From NCBI GenBank assembly GCA_036867785.1, contig CP145426.1:558001-622000 (forward strand): a stretch of 64,000 bases of DNA, read 5' to 3'. This DNA is from Plasmodiophora brassicae (taxonomy: Eukaryota). The notes below the pieces were generated by a model, which was not told the origin of the DNA, ran no database searches, and worked only from the letters and a program-made list of their open reading frames with translations. Each line of letters starts with the position of its first letter. Position 1 is the stretch's first letter. Shown piece by piece: positions 35,901 through 46,495 of this stretch. The position numbers and the translations under genes are program-made.

Positions 35901-37281
35901 CGTCGGCAAAATCCTGGTATTTTTCAGGTATCTTCGTCTGCTCTGACTCGGTGTCCTCGGTCCACGTATAATGGATGAGGTAGCACTGAGCGTCGTCCAT
36001 GAGTGCGTCCAGGAACGGTTCGGCGTCGACTAGATGGATGGGAACGTTGGCCGCCAGAGGTTCTTCAGTGCTTGGTGCCGGCAAGGGAACGTGGTCGATC
36101 CGCGTCCCGTCGCCTTGATTAGAATCCGTGGGCCGTACGTCGCACGACGACTGTGGAGCATCTCCGGCTAGAACGTCAGGGCCGGCGTTCGGCGGGGCGA
36201 TCGGACAGGCGTCGTCAGATGACGTGTTTAGATAAGCACGAAGGTCGACGCGTGCGGGTTCGCGGCACATAGTGACGAAGGCAAGCGCCCAAGCGGCCGC
36301 CACGATGGATGAGCACATGAACAGGCTGACCACCTGGCGTGCCCTGGAACCGTCGTCCAAACGACAATCTGGTAGACGTCGACCGGCTCCCCGCCTGTGT
36401 CGCTGCTCCCGCGCCGGCGACGTTAGCCAGCCTGTCTGGTCGGGGAACGATTCGAGCTCGAGGCAGTTCGCAGGGGTGTTACCGGTGTCAGCCGTTTCCA
36501 GGTCGCCAGCGGCTTTGTCCTGAGTCTCAATTGCGGCTGTCGCCAAGGACTCTGCCACCCGGCGTTCATCGTTGGCCGCAGGCGGCAATGGTGTCACGAT
36601 CAGGTCTTGTGCGGAAGTTGGATCTGGATGTTGTTTTGTGTTAACAGGCGCCTGGGCGATGAGCGGAGCTGCACTAGAGGCGTCCAGGGCCGGATAACGG
36701 CAGTCGTCGTGTGGCGCAGCCACGCTTGCCTCGGTTGTCTCAGCTTCTGCATGGCCAGGATCCGCCACAGTTGTCGGCGTTGACGTTGACGGCGAGGGGG
36801 GGCACTGGCGCGGCGAGACGAGCCGCCGGCGCCAATCCACATCTGGATTAGTCTGGGCTAGCCAGGGCAGACCCAGGATGACGGGATAGGTCGGCGAATT
36901 GATCAGATTCAGGACGATCTCACACGAGAACTGGGCGTCCACCGTCGTTCTCAACGGCTGAGTCTCCTGTGATATAGGTGCGAGCTGGCGGCCGTCGACA
37001 ACGCGGACAGGTATCGGACGATGCGTCGGGCGGGTAGGCAGAACGTGGAGCCGCGCGAAGGACCAGTCGATAAAGTTGCTAGTCGCGCCACAGTCGATCA
37101 AGGCCGTTGTCGAGATACTTTCGGACCCGGTGTATATGGTCATCGGAAGTACGAGATGCGGGACAGAGCGGGCGTGGAGAAACATGAGATCGCTTATTTG
37201 AACAGGGTCGGGTTCGGATGACAATGCAGAGTTTACTGGGTGGCCGGCGAACCCGTTGGCGGTCACCCTTGGACATTTCCC
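32947..37281 (-). CDS. pol: Gypsy-2 Pol (PR-RT-RH-IN-chromodomain), expressed by a probable -1 frameshift
   Basis: 1453-codon open frame with LIDCGA, YLDD, TDASD, integrase HHCC/DDE/GPF and a chromodomain. It overlaps the gag end at G GGA AAT. Confidence 0.95.
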   Translation of the reverse strand, partial: GKCPRVTANGFAGHPVNSALSSEPDPVQISDLMFLHARSVPHLVLPMTIYTGSESISTTALIDCGATSNFIDWSFARLHVLPTRPTHRPIPVRVVDGRQLAPISQETQPLRTTVDAQFSCEIVLNLINSPTYPVILGLPWLAQTNPDVDWRRRLVSPRQCPPSPSTSTPTTVADPGHAEAETTEASVAAPHDDCRYPALDASSAAPLIAQAPVNTKQHPDPTSAQDLIVTPLPPAANDERRVAESLATAAIETQDKAAGDLETADTGNTPANCLELESFPDQTGWLTSPAREQRHRRGAGRRLPDCRLDDGSRARQVVSLFMCSSIVAAAWALAFVTMCREPARVDLRAYLNTSSDDACPIAPPNAGPDVLAGDAPQSSCDVRPTDSNQGDGTRIDHVPLPAPSTEEPLAANVPIHLVDAEPFLDALMDDAQCYLIHYTWTEDTESEQTKIPEKYQDFADVFDEATATSLPPHRASDCSIDLKPGTEPPFCRLYGLSPREQVALKKYLEDNLQSNFIRPSRSSAGAPILFAKKKDGSLRLCVDYRGLNSVTVKNRYPLPLIDQLLSTLGQATVFSKIDLRSAYNQIRIREGDEWKTAFRTPYGLFEYLVMPFGLANAPASFQAFMNETFSDFIDRFVVVYLDDILIFSKNAEEHEQHVRLVLERLRSARLTAKLSKCLFDAPEVEFLGYLVSKDGLRLDPSRVDTILAWAPPRDLHGLQVFLGFANFYRKFIPHFAEIALPLTNLTRGETEFIWNETASTAFATLKSAFTRAPVLAHFDPSVPCEIETDASDFAIAMVLSQRGRDGDLHPLAFFSRKLDPAEIRYAVYDKELLAVVASFEKWRQFLDSDEHQTLVHSDHRNLKYFMTTHKLNPRQIRWSQLLSGFDFMIQHRPGRLHGKPDALTRRPEYVPTASEEGILQQSLQLLPLHRLVPSPVVDAFTVHAEAAPSEPLLDRIRRHQASDPFVAKIAGLLDRPQGRKYCLRDGLLYKGRSLVVSGDECKIEILRQLHDNRASGHFGIRKTLGLVQREFWWPGMRAFVKLYVSSCDICQRSKSPRHKPSGLLLPLPLPSSLWSSISMDLIVKLPVSDGYDSVLVVVDRFSKMAHFIPCKETLTAVELSDLFLQQIFRLHGLPDDIVSDRGPQFVSAFWKHLLDRLGIQRNLSSSRHPESDGQTERVNQILEQYLRCYVSYMQDDWLQLLPMAEFAYNNADHSATGMSPFFANYGFHPRVTEPRPRNGQVCNPAADERAEFLEKVRRYLKGQLQRAVDAMKRSADRRRREPPPLQVGDLVMLRRGTLSTGRPCGKLDDRLLGPFQVVRTVNPVAYEVKLPPTSRLHNVFHVSQLEPYTPNVLPHRQQPPPPPIVLEDDDQPLFIVKSILDSRYRSGRLQYLIDWEGYSPSDRTWEPAGNLHGTGGLDQAIAEFHARYPDKPGPRSRNRRRPNR

Positions 37282-38111
37282 GGTGCAACCGGCGGCCGTT
37301 TCGGGCAATCCGCGATCCGGTGGCCATCTTCTTTGCAGTAGAAGCAGAGGCCGTCCTTGCGGGCACGCTCACGGGCATCGGCGGCGACAACCTTCGGAAC
37401 GGGGTAGCGCGGGCAGAGGTGTTTCGCCTTTTTGACCATCTCGTCGAAGTCGGTGATCATGTCCTCGAACAGTTTTTCCGACAAGGCAGTATGCAGCGAC
37501 TTCCGGAACTTCGACGCGCGCCGGGCCGAACTCATCTTGAAGGTTGCATCCGCGCGCTGAAGCGCTTGATACAAATTGTTGAACATCAACACATGCTCTT
37601 CGACAGGTTCGGTCTGGGTGAGGTTGTCGAAGCACTCCTCCAGCTGTTCGAACGTCGGCACCGGAAACCATTTTGACATCGCGTAGGACAGGTCGGCCAT
37701 CGTGGCGTCGTCCGGCAGCCCGAAATAGACTTCCAACGCCGGGCCTTCCAGCGATCTAAGAAGGGCGCTGTGCGCCGCCGGCGGAAGGCGGGTCGTCGAT
37801 GACGGGAGCTGCAGCGTCCTTGACAGACACTTCAGAAAGTCGCGGGAGTTCGTGGAACTGTCGCGAATACGCCCGGTAAAGCGGGGCAGGTGGATCTGGT
37901 GGTCGACGATGTGTCGGGATGTCGGCGACGGCTCGCTCGGCGGCATCTTGTCGGGCAGCGAGCGATTTATCGCTGTCCCAACGGCATCTTCGACCCGGTC
38001 GGCCACTACGGACTGCATAGCTTTCAGCTGGTGCAGCATGTCGCTGACAGTGAGCGTGAGGTCCCGCACTTGATCTGCCAGTGCGGCGATCTGGTCCTCG
38101 CTCGTTGTCAT
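37263..38111 (-). CDS. gag: Gypsy-2 Gag
   Basis: MTTSEDQ...LPRFTG...LTQTEPV...[14 protein letters not shown]. Confidence 0.88.
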   Translation of the reverse strand: MTTSEDQIAALADQVRDLTLTVSDMLHQLKAMQSVVADRVEDAVGTAINRSLPDKMPPSEPSPTSRHIVDHQIHLPRFTGRIRDSSTNSRDFLKCLSRTLQLPSSTTRLPPAAHSALLRSLEGPALEVYFGLPDDATMADLSYAMSKWFPVPTFEQLEECFDNLTQTEPVEEHVLMFNNLYQALQRADATFKMSSARRASKFRKSLHTALSEKLFEDMITDFDEMVKKAKHLCPRYPVPKVVAADARERARKDGLCFYCKEDGHRIADCPKRPPVAPGNVQG

Positions 38112-38144
38112 CGCGAACACACCGGTAGACGGACAGGAAACGGG

Positions 38145-38270
38145 ACGGCAGGAACGGAGCGGGCGGAACGGAGCGGGCGGAACGGAGCGGGCGGAACGGA
38201 GCGGGCGGAACGGAGCGGGCGGAACGGAGCGGGCGGAACGGAGCGGGCGGAACGGGGCGGGCGGGACGGC
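38145..38270 (-). repeat. 14-bp tandem repeat (GGAACGGAGCGGGC)n in the Gypsy-2 5' leader
   Basis: About 8 copies read directly between the PBS and gag. Confidence 0.9.
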
Positions 38271-38573
38271 GGTGACCGTTGGTTAGTCCGTCAAAATGTC
38301 ACGATCAGGCAAGCTGATGCAACGAACGCTTTGACGGACTGGCGAAGTCCGTCGCGGGGTTCGGGATTTATTCAGTTATCACACCTTTGAGTAATCCGCG
38401 AGGCGCTGCTTGAAAACGGCCGACACGAAGTAGTCTTCCATCAACAACTCGAAGCGTGGCGGATCGCTCGAGATATTCCACCCATTGGTCCCGTTGAACC
38501 GCTTCGTAACTGCTGCTTGAACTGACCTACGAGCGCTCGCACTGCTCGACGCCGGCGCCATGGCAACAGCTCT

Positions 38574-41500
38574 TGTGAGGACTGTCCGGAATAAACCGAG
38601 AACCCCGCGACGGACTTCGCCAGTCCGTCAAAGCGTTCGTTGCATCAGCTTGCCTGATCGTGACATTTTGACGGACTACCTATCCCACCACCCTCCTGTC
38701 GATCCCGCCTCGGCATCTCCTGCAGAACGTCAAGGCCTCGGTGGTACCTGGTCGAAGTCCCAGAGTACGTGTCCCGCCGTGCTGTATGCCTCTCAGGCCA
38801 CCGGTGTTCCCCTGACCGCTTGCTGTCTCTTCCCGTCCGTCCGTGCCGATCTCGCCTCGGCATCTCCCGCAGATGTGAGGACTGTCCGGAATAAACCGAG
38901 AACCCCGCGACGGACTTCGCCAGTCCGTCAAAGCGTTCGTTGCATCAGCTTGCCTGATCGTGACATTTTGACGGACTACCTATCCCACCACCCTCCTGTC
39001 GATCCCGCCTCGGCATCTCCTGCAGAACGTCAAGGCCTCGGTGGTACCTGGTCGAAGTCCCAGAGTACGTGTCCCGCCGTGCTGTATGCCTCTCAGGCCA
39101 CCGGTGTTCCCCTGACCGCTTGCTGTCTCTTCCCGTCCGTCCGTGCCGATCTCGCCTCGGCATCCCCCGCAGAACGTCAAGGCCTCGGTCGTACCTGGTC
39201 CAAGTCCCAGAGTGCGTGTCCCGCCGTGCTGTATGCCTCTCAGGCCACCGGTGTTCCCCTGACCGCTTGCTGTCTCTTCCCGTCCGTCCGTGCCGATCTC
39301 GCCTCGGCATCCCCCGCAGAACGTCAAGGCCTCGGTCGTACCTGGTCCAAGTCCCAGAGTGCGTGTCCCGCCGTGCTGTATGCCTCTCAGGCCACCGGTG
39401 TTCCCCTGACCGCTTGCTGTCTCTTCCCGTCCGTCCGTGCCGATCTCGCCTCGGCATCCCCCGCAGAACGTCAAGGCCTCGGTCGTACCTGGTCCAAGTC
39501 CCAGAGTGCGTGTCCCGCCGTGCTGTATGCCTCTCAGGCCACCGGTGTTCCCCTGACCGCTTGCTGTCTCTTCCCGTCCGTCCGTGCCGATCTCGCCTCG
39601 GCATCCCCCGCAGAACGTCAAGGCCTCGGTCGTACCTGGTCCAAGTCCCAGAGTGCGTGTCCCGCCGTGCTGTATGCCTCTCAGGCCACCGGTGTTCCCC
39701 TGACCGCTTGCTGTCTCTTCCCGTCCGTCCGTGCCGATCTCGCCTCGGCATCCCCCGCAGAACGTCAAGGCCTCGGTCGTACCTGGTCCAAGTCCCAGAG
39801 TGCGTGTCCCGCCGTGCTGTATGCCTCTCAGGCCACCGGTGTTCCCCTGACCGCTTGCTGTCTCTACCCGTCCGTCCGTCCGCCAGTGTCGATCCCGCCT
39901 CGGCATCTCCTGCACAACGTCAAGGCCTCGGTTGCGACGTGCTGTCACTAACCAAACCTGTTCGTCCGTCTGCCCGCCCGCCCGTCTCTCCGTCCGTCTG
40001 CTAATCCGTCCGTCTGCCCGTTCGTCCGTCTGTCCGTCCGTCTGCCCGTTCGTCCGTCTGTCCGTCCGTCTGCCCGCCCGTCTGCCTGCTCATCCGCCTG
40101 TCCGTTCGTCTGTCCGTCCGTCTGCCCGCCCGTCTGCCTGCTCATCCGCCTGTCCGTTCGTCTGCGACCCATCAGAGGCCATCCGTCTGCCCTTCTATCC
40201 CGGACCCGTCAGAGGCCCATCGCTAGAAGGGGACTATTATGTGAGGACTGTCCGGAATAAACCGAGAACCCCGCGACGGACTTCGCCAGTCCGTCAAAGC
40301 GTTCGTTGCATCAGCTTGCCTGATCGTGACAGCAGAACGTCAAGGCCTCGGTGGTACCTGGTCCAAGTCCCAGAGTGCGTGTCCCGCCGTGCTGTATGCC
40401 TCTCAGGCCACCGGTGTTCCCCTGACCGCTTGCTGTCTCTTCCCGTCCGTCCGTGCCGATCTCGCCTCGGCATCCCCCGCAGAACGTCAAGGCCTCGGTC
40501 GTACCTGGTCCAAGTCCCAGAGTGCGTGTCCCGCCGTGCTGTATGCCTCTCAGGCCACCGGTGTTCCCCTGACCGCTTGCTGTCTCTTCCCGTCCGTCCG
40601 TGCCGATCTCGCCTCGGCATCCCCCGCAGAACGTCAAGGCCTCGGTCGTACCTGGTCCAAGTCCCAGAGTGCGTGTCCCGCCGTGCTGTATGCCTCTCAG
40701 GCCACCGGTGTTCCCCTGACCGCTTGCTGTCTCTTCCCGTCCGTCCGTGCCGATCTCGCCTCGGCATCCCCCGCAGAACGTCAAGGCCTCGGTGGTACCT
40801 GGTCCAAGTCCCAGAGTGCGTGTCCCGCCGTGCTGTATGCCTCTCAGGCCACCGGTGTTCCCCTGACCGCTTGCTGTCTCTTCCCGTCCGTCCGTGCCGA
40901 TCTCGCCTCGGCATCCCCCGCAGAACGTCAAGGCCTCGGTCGTACCTGGTCCAAGTCCCAGAGTGCGTGTCCCGCCGTGCTGTATGCCTCTCAGGCCACA
41001 GGTGTTCCCCTGACCGCTTGCTGTCTCTTCCCGCCCGTCCGTCCGTCCGTGCCGATCTCGCCTCGGCATCCCCCGCAGAACGTCAAGGCCTCGGTCGTAC
41101 CTGGTCCAAGTCCCAGAGTGCGTGTCCCGCCGTGCTGTATGCCTCTCAGGCCACCGGTGTTCCCCTGACCGCTTGCTGTCTCTTCCCGCCCGTCCGTCCG
41201 TCCGTGCCGATCTCGCCTCGGCATTCCCCGCAGAACGTCAAGGCCTTGGTCGTACCTGGTCCAAGTCCCAGAGTACGTGTCCCGCCGTGCTGTATGCCTC
41301 TCAGGCCACCGGTGTTCCCCTGACCACTTGCTGTCTCTTCCCGTCCGTCCGTGCCGATCCCGCCTCGGCATCTCCTGCACAACGTCAAGGCCTCGGTCGC
41401 AGCTGGTCCAAGTTCCAGAGTGCGCGTGTCCCGCCGTGCTGTTTGCCTCCCAGGCCGCCGGTGTTTCCCTGACCGCTTGCTGTCTCTACCCGTCCGTCCG

Positions 41501-42024
41501 TCCGCCAGTGTCGATCCCGCCTCGGCATCTCCTGCACAACGTCAAGGCCTCGGTTGCGACGTGCTGTCACTAACCAAACCTGTTCGTCCGTCTGCCCGCC
41601 CGCCCGTCTCTCCGTCCGTCTGCTAATCCGTCCGTCTGCCCGTTCGTCCGTCTGTCCGTCCGTCTGCCCGTTCGTCCGTCTGTCCGTCCGTCTGCCCGTT
41701 CGTCCGTCTGTCCGTCCGTCTGCCCGCCCGTCTGCCTGCTCACCGTTCGTCTGTCCGTCCGTCTGCCCGCCCGTCTGCCTGCTCATCCGCCTGTCCGTTC
41801 GTCTGTCCGTCCGTCTGCCCGCCCGTCTGCCTGCTCATCCGCCTGTCCGTTCGTCTGCGACCCATCAGAGGCCATCCGTCTGCCCTTCTATCCCGGACCC
41901 GTCAGAGGCCCATCGCTAGAAGGGGACTATTATGTGAGGACTGTCCGGAATAAACCGAGAACCCCGCGACGGACTTCGCCAGTCCGTCAAAGCGTTCGTT
42001 GCATCAGCTTGCCTGATCGTGACA
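38574..42024 (+). mobile_element. Non-autonomous mini-LTR element (Gypsy-2-related 92-bp LTRs) with an internal 147-bp tandem array; outer copy
   Basis: LTRs 38574-38665 and 41933-42024, TSD GCTCT, PBS TTTTGACGGACT, PPT AGAAGGGGAC. About 9 units plus a (GTCC/GCCC)-rich tract. Confidence 0.93.
38874..40331 (+). mobile_element. Second copy of the same mini-LTR element nested inside the first
   Basis: LTRs 38874-38965 and 40240-40331, TSD GCAGA. Six full 147-bp units start at 39024, 39171, 39318, 39465, 39612 and 39759. Confidence 0.93.
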
Positions 42025-42882
42025 GCTCTGGCTGTGGTGACCCAAAAATTGAAATTGTTGGCCTGGATGTTCGTTCCTATTTTTACAGTTCACCACCATC
42101 AGTTTCGAGCATGACGAGTACCCCAAAGAGACACAGGCAGCACCCCTCTAAACCGTAATATATTACGGTTTAGCCGATCTACAACCAGGACCTCGCAGAG
42201 CTATTTTCGGCTAAACCGTAATATATTACGGTTTACACGGAGTAGGGATATTCCCGCGACGAAGCGTCATTCTGTATTACTGAGCGTTTTGCTAGGAAGT
42301 CCGACGAGCGATGTTTTTTGGAAAATCGGGTCCAGAAATCGGCACCAAAGCGGCACTACCAAGTGCCGATTTGGTGCCGTTAAATAGAGAACTTTCGGAG
42401 CCGCTTTTCCGTTCAGTTTCCCGTTCCGCTGCCCGGCACACGAGCATCGACTCTCGTTGACTTTTCGTCTCCTTTTCGTCTCCTTTGCGCAGCCTTTTAT
42501 GACTGGTTTTCGTCTCCTTTTTGAAAAAGGAGCTCCTCGAGCTCCTTTTTGAAAAAGGAGTTGAGAACAGTGGAACGTCACAGAAGAAGGAGACGAAAAA
42601 GTCGACCCAAAATCACTTCGACCAGGCTCTAATTCGGCACTTCTATTTTTCCAGTGAGATCAGTTCGGTTCGAACTTCTTCAAACCGGTTCCTAACCAAA
42701 CCGAGCAACGCCGACCGATACCCGACATGGGTAACGCGCCACCGTGACACGTAGAGGAGGTATGTCGCGACCATTAAATGACTAACGTACAGTTTACGAT
42801 AAAAAGTACGTAGACGCAAGGCCCATCGGGATATCGCGCGCGCATCCACAGGGCCGCTGATTCCGGGGTGTGCCGTGTGAGC

Positions 42883-45215
42883 CTAACGTCTGACCCGAGG
42901 CCGGGATCGGTTGGACAGCTGTTGCTGTATAGCCGACCCCGTGGAACGACGTTGGGAACTCGATGTCGAATTCGACGCGGCTCGGCGCGCAGTAGCAGGT
43001 GATTGCCGTCGCCCACCCTCCAGATCGCCGTGATGGTCGACATCGTCACTCTGCCCAGGATCATCCATCATGGCCCGCAGCCTGGCCTGCTCAGCAGCTT
43101 GAGAATCAGGGCTGCGCCCATTGGCGTTGCTGGCGCCAGACCCATTGTCCTGCTCGACGTGCTGCCGATAGGCCGCCATCCGAGTTCGGGCCTGGTCGGA
43201 CACGTTGGCGATCGTGACCGATTCGTCCCGTTTCAACTCCTTCTGTAACGCCTGGACACGGCCGATGGCGTACGCCTCGATGGCCTGATTATCGCCCTTG
43301 TCGACGAATTGCACCAATGCGTCGCACAGCTGAAGTTCATGACAGACGCCCAGGCTGTCCCTGTTGTCGTCCTGCAGGTGGACCCGGACCAAGTCTTCAA
43401 TCCGGGTGCGCGACTCCCGCCCCTCTGCATCGATTTCGTACATGACGAGCGGATTGGCTGATGAGCGCGAACGAGTGGACCCGGTGGGGTTGGCCGCTTT
43501 TCGCCGCACGATCTGGATGATGTCATCTGGATTGGCCACCTTATCGACAAATTCCTGACCGAACTGCTGTACGTTGACGGTGGCGTACCCGCCGGTCACA
43601 TCAACACGGAGGCGAATCAGGGGCAACCACTGCGACGAGTGAGTGATGGCAGGCGGGCGTGGCGACTCGATTTCCGCCCGACGAATACACTTGTGAACGC
43701 GTTCCCTGAGGAACGCCTGGACGGCGGCACTGTCCGTTCGACCACCCAGGTCGGCAGCGTATTCGCTTAGGACAACGTCTTCGATGATGAACGGGCGCGG
43801 CGTTGTGAGCGGGATCGGTTGCAATCGCACATCAGACCCACGAACCTCCAGAATGCCAACGTGCCTGCGCAGAGACAGGAAAACCATATCAGGCACACGA
43901 ACGGGGGATGGCAAGCAGCGCGGTTACTTCTTGACGGCTTCGGCAGTGCAGAGCGACGTCGCTGCTGAGGACCCTGGCTGTGTGACCAGGAAATTTCCTT
44001 GCAGACTGCGTTCCAGTTCGATGCGACATTCGTGTTCGTGCGCCCAAACGACCACTGCGTGTCGGCACTGTCGTCAGCGGCCGGATACTACTCGAAGCGC
44101 ACAGGAGGGGCGCGTACGGTCGAGGAAATTAGGCAGAAGGCTTTCTGGGATCGAGTTCTTGTACACCACGCTATGTTGCGTCCGGTTCTGATGCAGGACC
44201 AGCATGTTGTACCTGGGCAGCCGATCTCATAGGAGCATACAGCCTTGCCGTACCGAACAGGCCACCATATCGTACCATTCGTTGGTGTCCTGATTGGGAC
44301 GAGCCCAGGCGACCTTCTTGCCGACCAGCGCCCGATGGAGCCGTTCGTCACGTATGCTGCCCAAACCGTAGAGCGCCAGGCGCGTCGACCCCTTACGAAG
44401 CAGTATCGGGCGGACACAGAACTCGCTAATCTATGCTGGCGCGCATTAGTACAGCATCAGGCTCTGCTCTGCGTCGTTATTAACGTACGTCGTCAACCCG
44501 GCCAAAGTAGTTCAGCAGGCTGGCGCTGTCGAGAATATCGAGCGCAGCGTGGCCGCCGTACCCGGATGGGTCGTCGTGGTTCCCATGGATGGCAAAGATC
44601 GGCAGCGACACGTTGATATTGGGATCCTCGAAGTTACAGCACGACCTGGCGCGGTGCACACACAGAATATCAGAACACGGGGCGCTTTTAGGCAACAGCC
44701 AGCTACATATGGCGAACCGTTCATGAAACACGGTCGCCGGGTCCGATAGCATCTGGAAGGCGACCGGCCGATCACCCAGGCAGTGCTTGCGCAGACTAAA
44801 CGGCGTCGCGCACGCGTTAATCCATGGACCTGAGTCGGCATGCAGGCCGTGGATACATTTGCATGGTGTTGAACAGCGTCTGCCGGGTCGGTTTGTTGTG
44901 ATGGAACAGGTCGCCGCCCAGCAGGACGAAGTCAACGTTGGACGACTTGGCAATGATGAGGATCTCCTCGAACGTGCGCATGGCGTCGTCGCCCCTAATA
45001 GGATCCTGCCCCATCACGATTCAGCCACACAACCGAACGTCGTCGTCGTCGTCGTCGTCGTACCCTCTCATTACACCCGAGATGGTTATCAGTGGCAATC
45101 AGAATGCGGAACGTGTCCTCATCGGGCCTGTTCACACAGCCGTGAATACCGGTGCAGGACCCGCTCCAGGAGGCGGCCTGCCTGACGGGATGTGCAGCCC
45201 GGCAGCGCCCGTCAT
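42883..45215 (-). CDS. MRE11: Double-strand break repair nuclease Mre11 (multi-exon)
   Basis: FRILIATDNHLG, DFVLLGGDLFHHNKP, IFAIHGNHDDP, AHEHEC, TQPGSSATSL, LPLIRLRVD, FVDKVANP. Short GT-AG introns; start inferred. Confidence 0.95.
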
Positions 45216-45384
45216 CGCCCCGAACGTGGCACGCGGCGGGGCGCAGCAGTCGGCAGTCGGCAGTCCGCGACGGACCCCGCCCCCGTCGTGCAGCTCGCGT
45301 TGCGCGCCACGCCGGCGGCCCATCTATGACTCGTTTGGCTTCGTCCTTCATCGCCGCTGTTGTGTATTTGCAGTTGGGGGGTGC

Positions 45385-46212
45385 TCAGGGCGATTTAGCG
45401 GTCTTGGTGGCGGCGGTCGGCGTGGCGACCACGACGACGGCGCCGTCGTTCGGGCGCACATCGCCGTACAGGACGACCTGGCCGACCAGGGCGAGGCAGG
45501 CGCCGATGATCGGCCCGACGATGTAGATCCAGGCCTGCGTCCAGGCGGCCTGCTCCCAGAACTTGAGGACGACGAACGTGCCCAGCCAGCGCGCTGGGTT
45601 GATGCCGCAGCCGGTCACGCCAATCAGGGCCAGGTGCGTCGCCCAGACGCTCATGCCGATGACGAGCGGCGCCTGCGCCCGCAGCGAGTCCTTGTCGGGC
45701 GTCGACCGGCCGCGCGATGTCTGGACGGCCGTGGAGAAGACCGTCATGACCAGGAAGGCGGTGCCCACCACTTCGGCCAGGAACCCGGCGCCGAGCGTCA
45801 CATTCGGGCCGAGCGACAGCGCCCCGGCCACGGTCGGGACAATGCCATCGGCGAGGGCGGCGCCCAGGATCGCCCCCAGGCACTGAGCGACGCCGTACGC
45901 GACGGCCATGATCGGGTCGATGTGCCCGGCCAGCGCCAGCGCCAACGTCACCGCCGGGTTGATGTGCCCGCCGCTGACGCCGGCGCACGAGTAGATCACC
46001 ACGATGAGCGACACGCCGAACGCCGTCGCGATCAGCAGGACCTTGCTGTCGGCGTCAGCGTTGCCGACGACGGCGCTGGACACGGCCAGCACCGACGTCA
46101 TGACGAAGATGCAGGTGCCGATGAACTCGGCGGCGACGGCCCGGTGCGGGTAGAACACCTCGGCCGGCGGCGACATCAGCGACGACGACTTGTTCAGGAC
46201 GACCGACGGCAT
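45385..46212 (-). CDS. Aquaporin / MIP channel
   Basis: AEFIGT, SGGHINPAVT, GCGINPAR and WIYIVGPIIGA, with six hydrophobic helices. An alternative ATG lies at 46239. Confidence 0.95.
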   Translation of the reverse strand: MPSVVLNKSSSLMSPPAEVFYPHRAVAAEFIGTCIFVMTSVLAVSSAVVGNADADSKVLLIATAFGVSLIVVIYSCAGVSGGHINPAVTLALALAGHIDPIMAVAYGVAQCLGAILGAALADGIVPTVAGALSLGPNVTLGAGFLAEVVGTAFLVMTVFSTAVQTSRGRSTPDKDSLRAQAPLVIGMSVWATHLALIGVTGCGINPARWLGTFVVLKFWEQAAWTQAWIYIVGPIIGACLALVGQVVLYGDVRPNDGAVVVVATPTAATKTAKSP

Positions 46213-46495
46213 GGCGCGCAGGGCGGTGTCAGTGGGCATGCACGCGATTGTCAGGTATGAGGAGGGGCGTGGACAGCGCGTGCGCGCGCGTCCCCCCGAC
46301 AGCGCTGGGTGGTGACACATCGAGGGCGGCGGGCGCGTGCCAACCTGCTGCGCGAAGGCACGCACCCCCCTTGGTTGACACGCGCTCCACGGTGACCGAG
46401 CGTACGTTCCTACGAGCGTGTGCGTGTGTGTGCGTGTGTACCTGCGCGTATGCGTCCCTGTATGTAGTAGTGGGCGACAGGGGGGGGGCGCCTTC

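Larger units (their letters stand above)
32847..38383 (-). mobile_element. Apparently intact Ty3/gypsy chromovirus 'Gypsy-2', 5537 bp, with 87-bp LTRs
   Basis: Identical LTRs 32847-32933 and 38297-38383, TSD CCTTT, PPT AGAAGAGGAC, uninterrupted gag and pol. Confidence 0.97.
30754..42247 (-). mobile_element. piggyBac-like DNA transposon remnant (~2.05 kb after removing nested inserts) with ATAT TSD
   Basis: TIR CCCTACTCCGTG / CACGGAGTAGGG flanked by ATAT at 30750-30753 and 42248-42251. Four subterminal palindromes. Transposase fragments LPSKRFRTL..., WLVLDDEIV and a Cys-rich tail GCVLCVRETNHYC. Confidence 0.75.

Noticed and set aside
38560-41919. Long repetitive ORFs (49-aa repeats) in several frames
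   Set aside because: They follow from a stop-poor 147-bp unit divisible by 3, cross LTR boundaries and show no domain signal.
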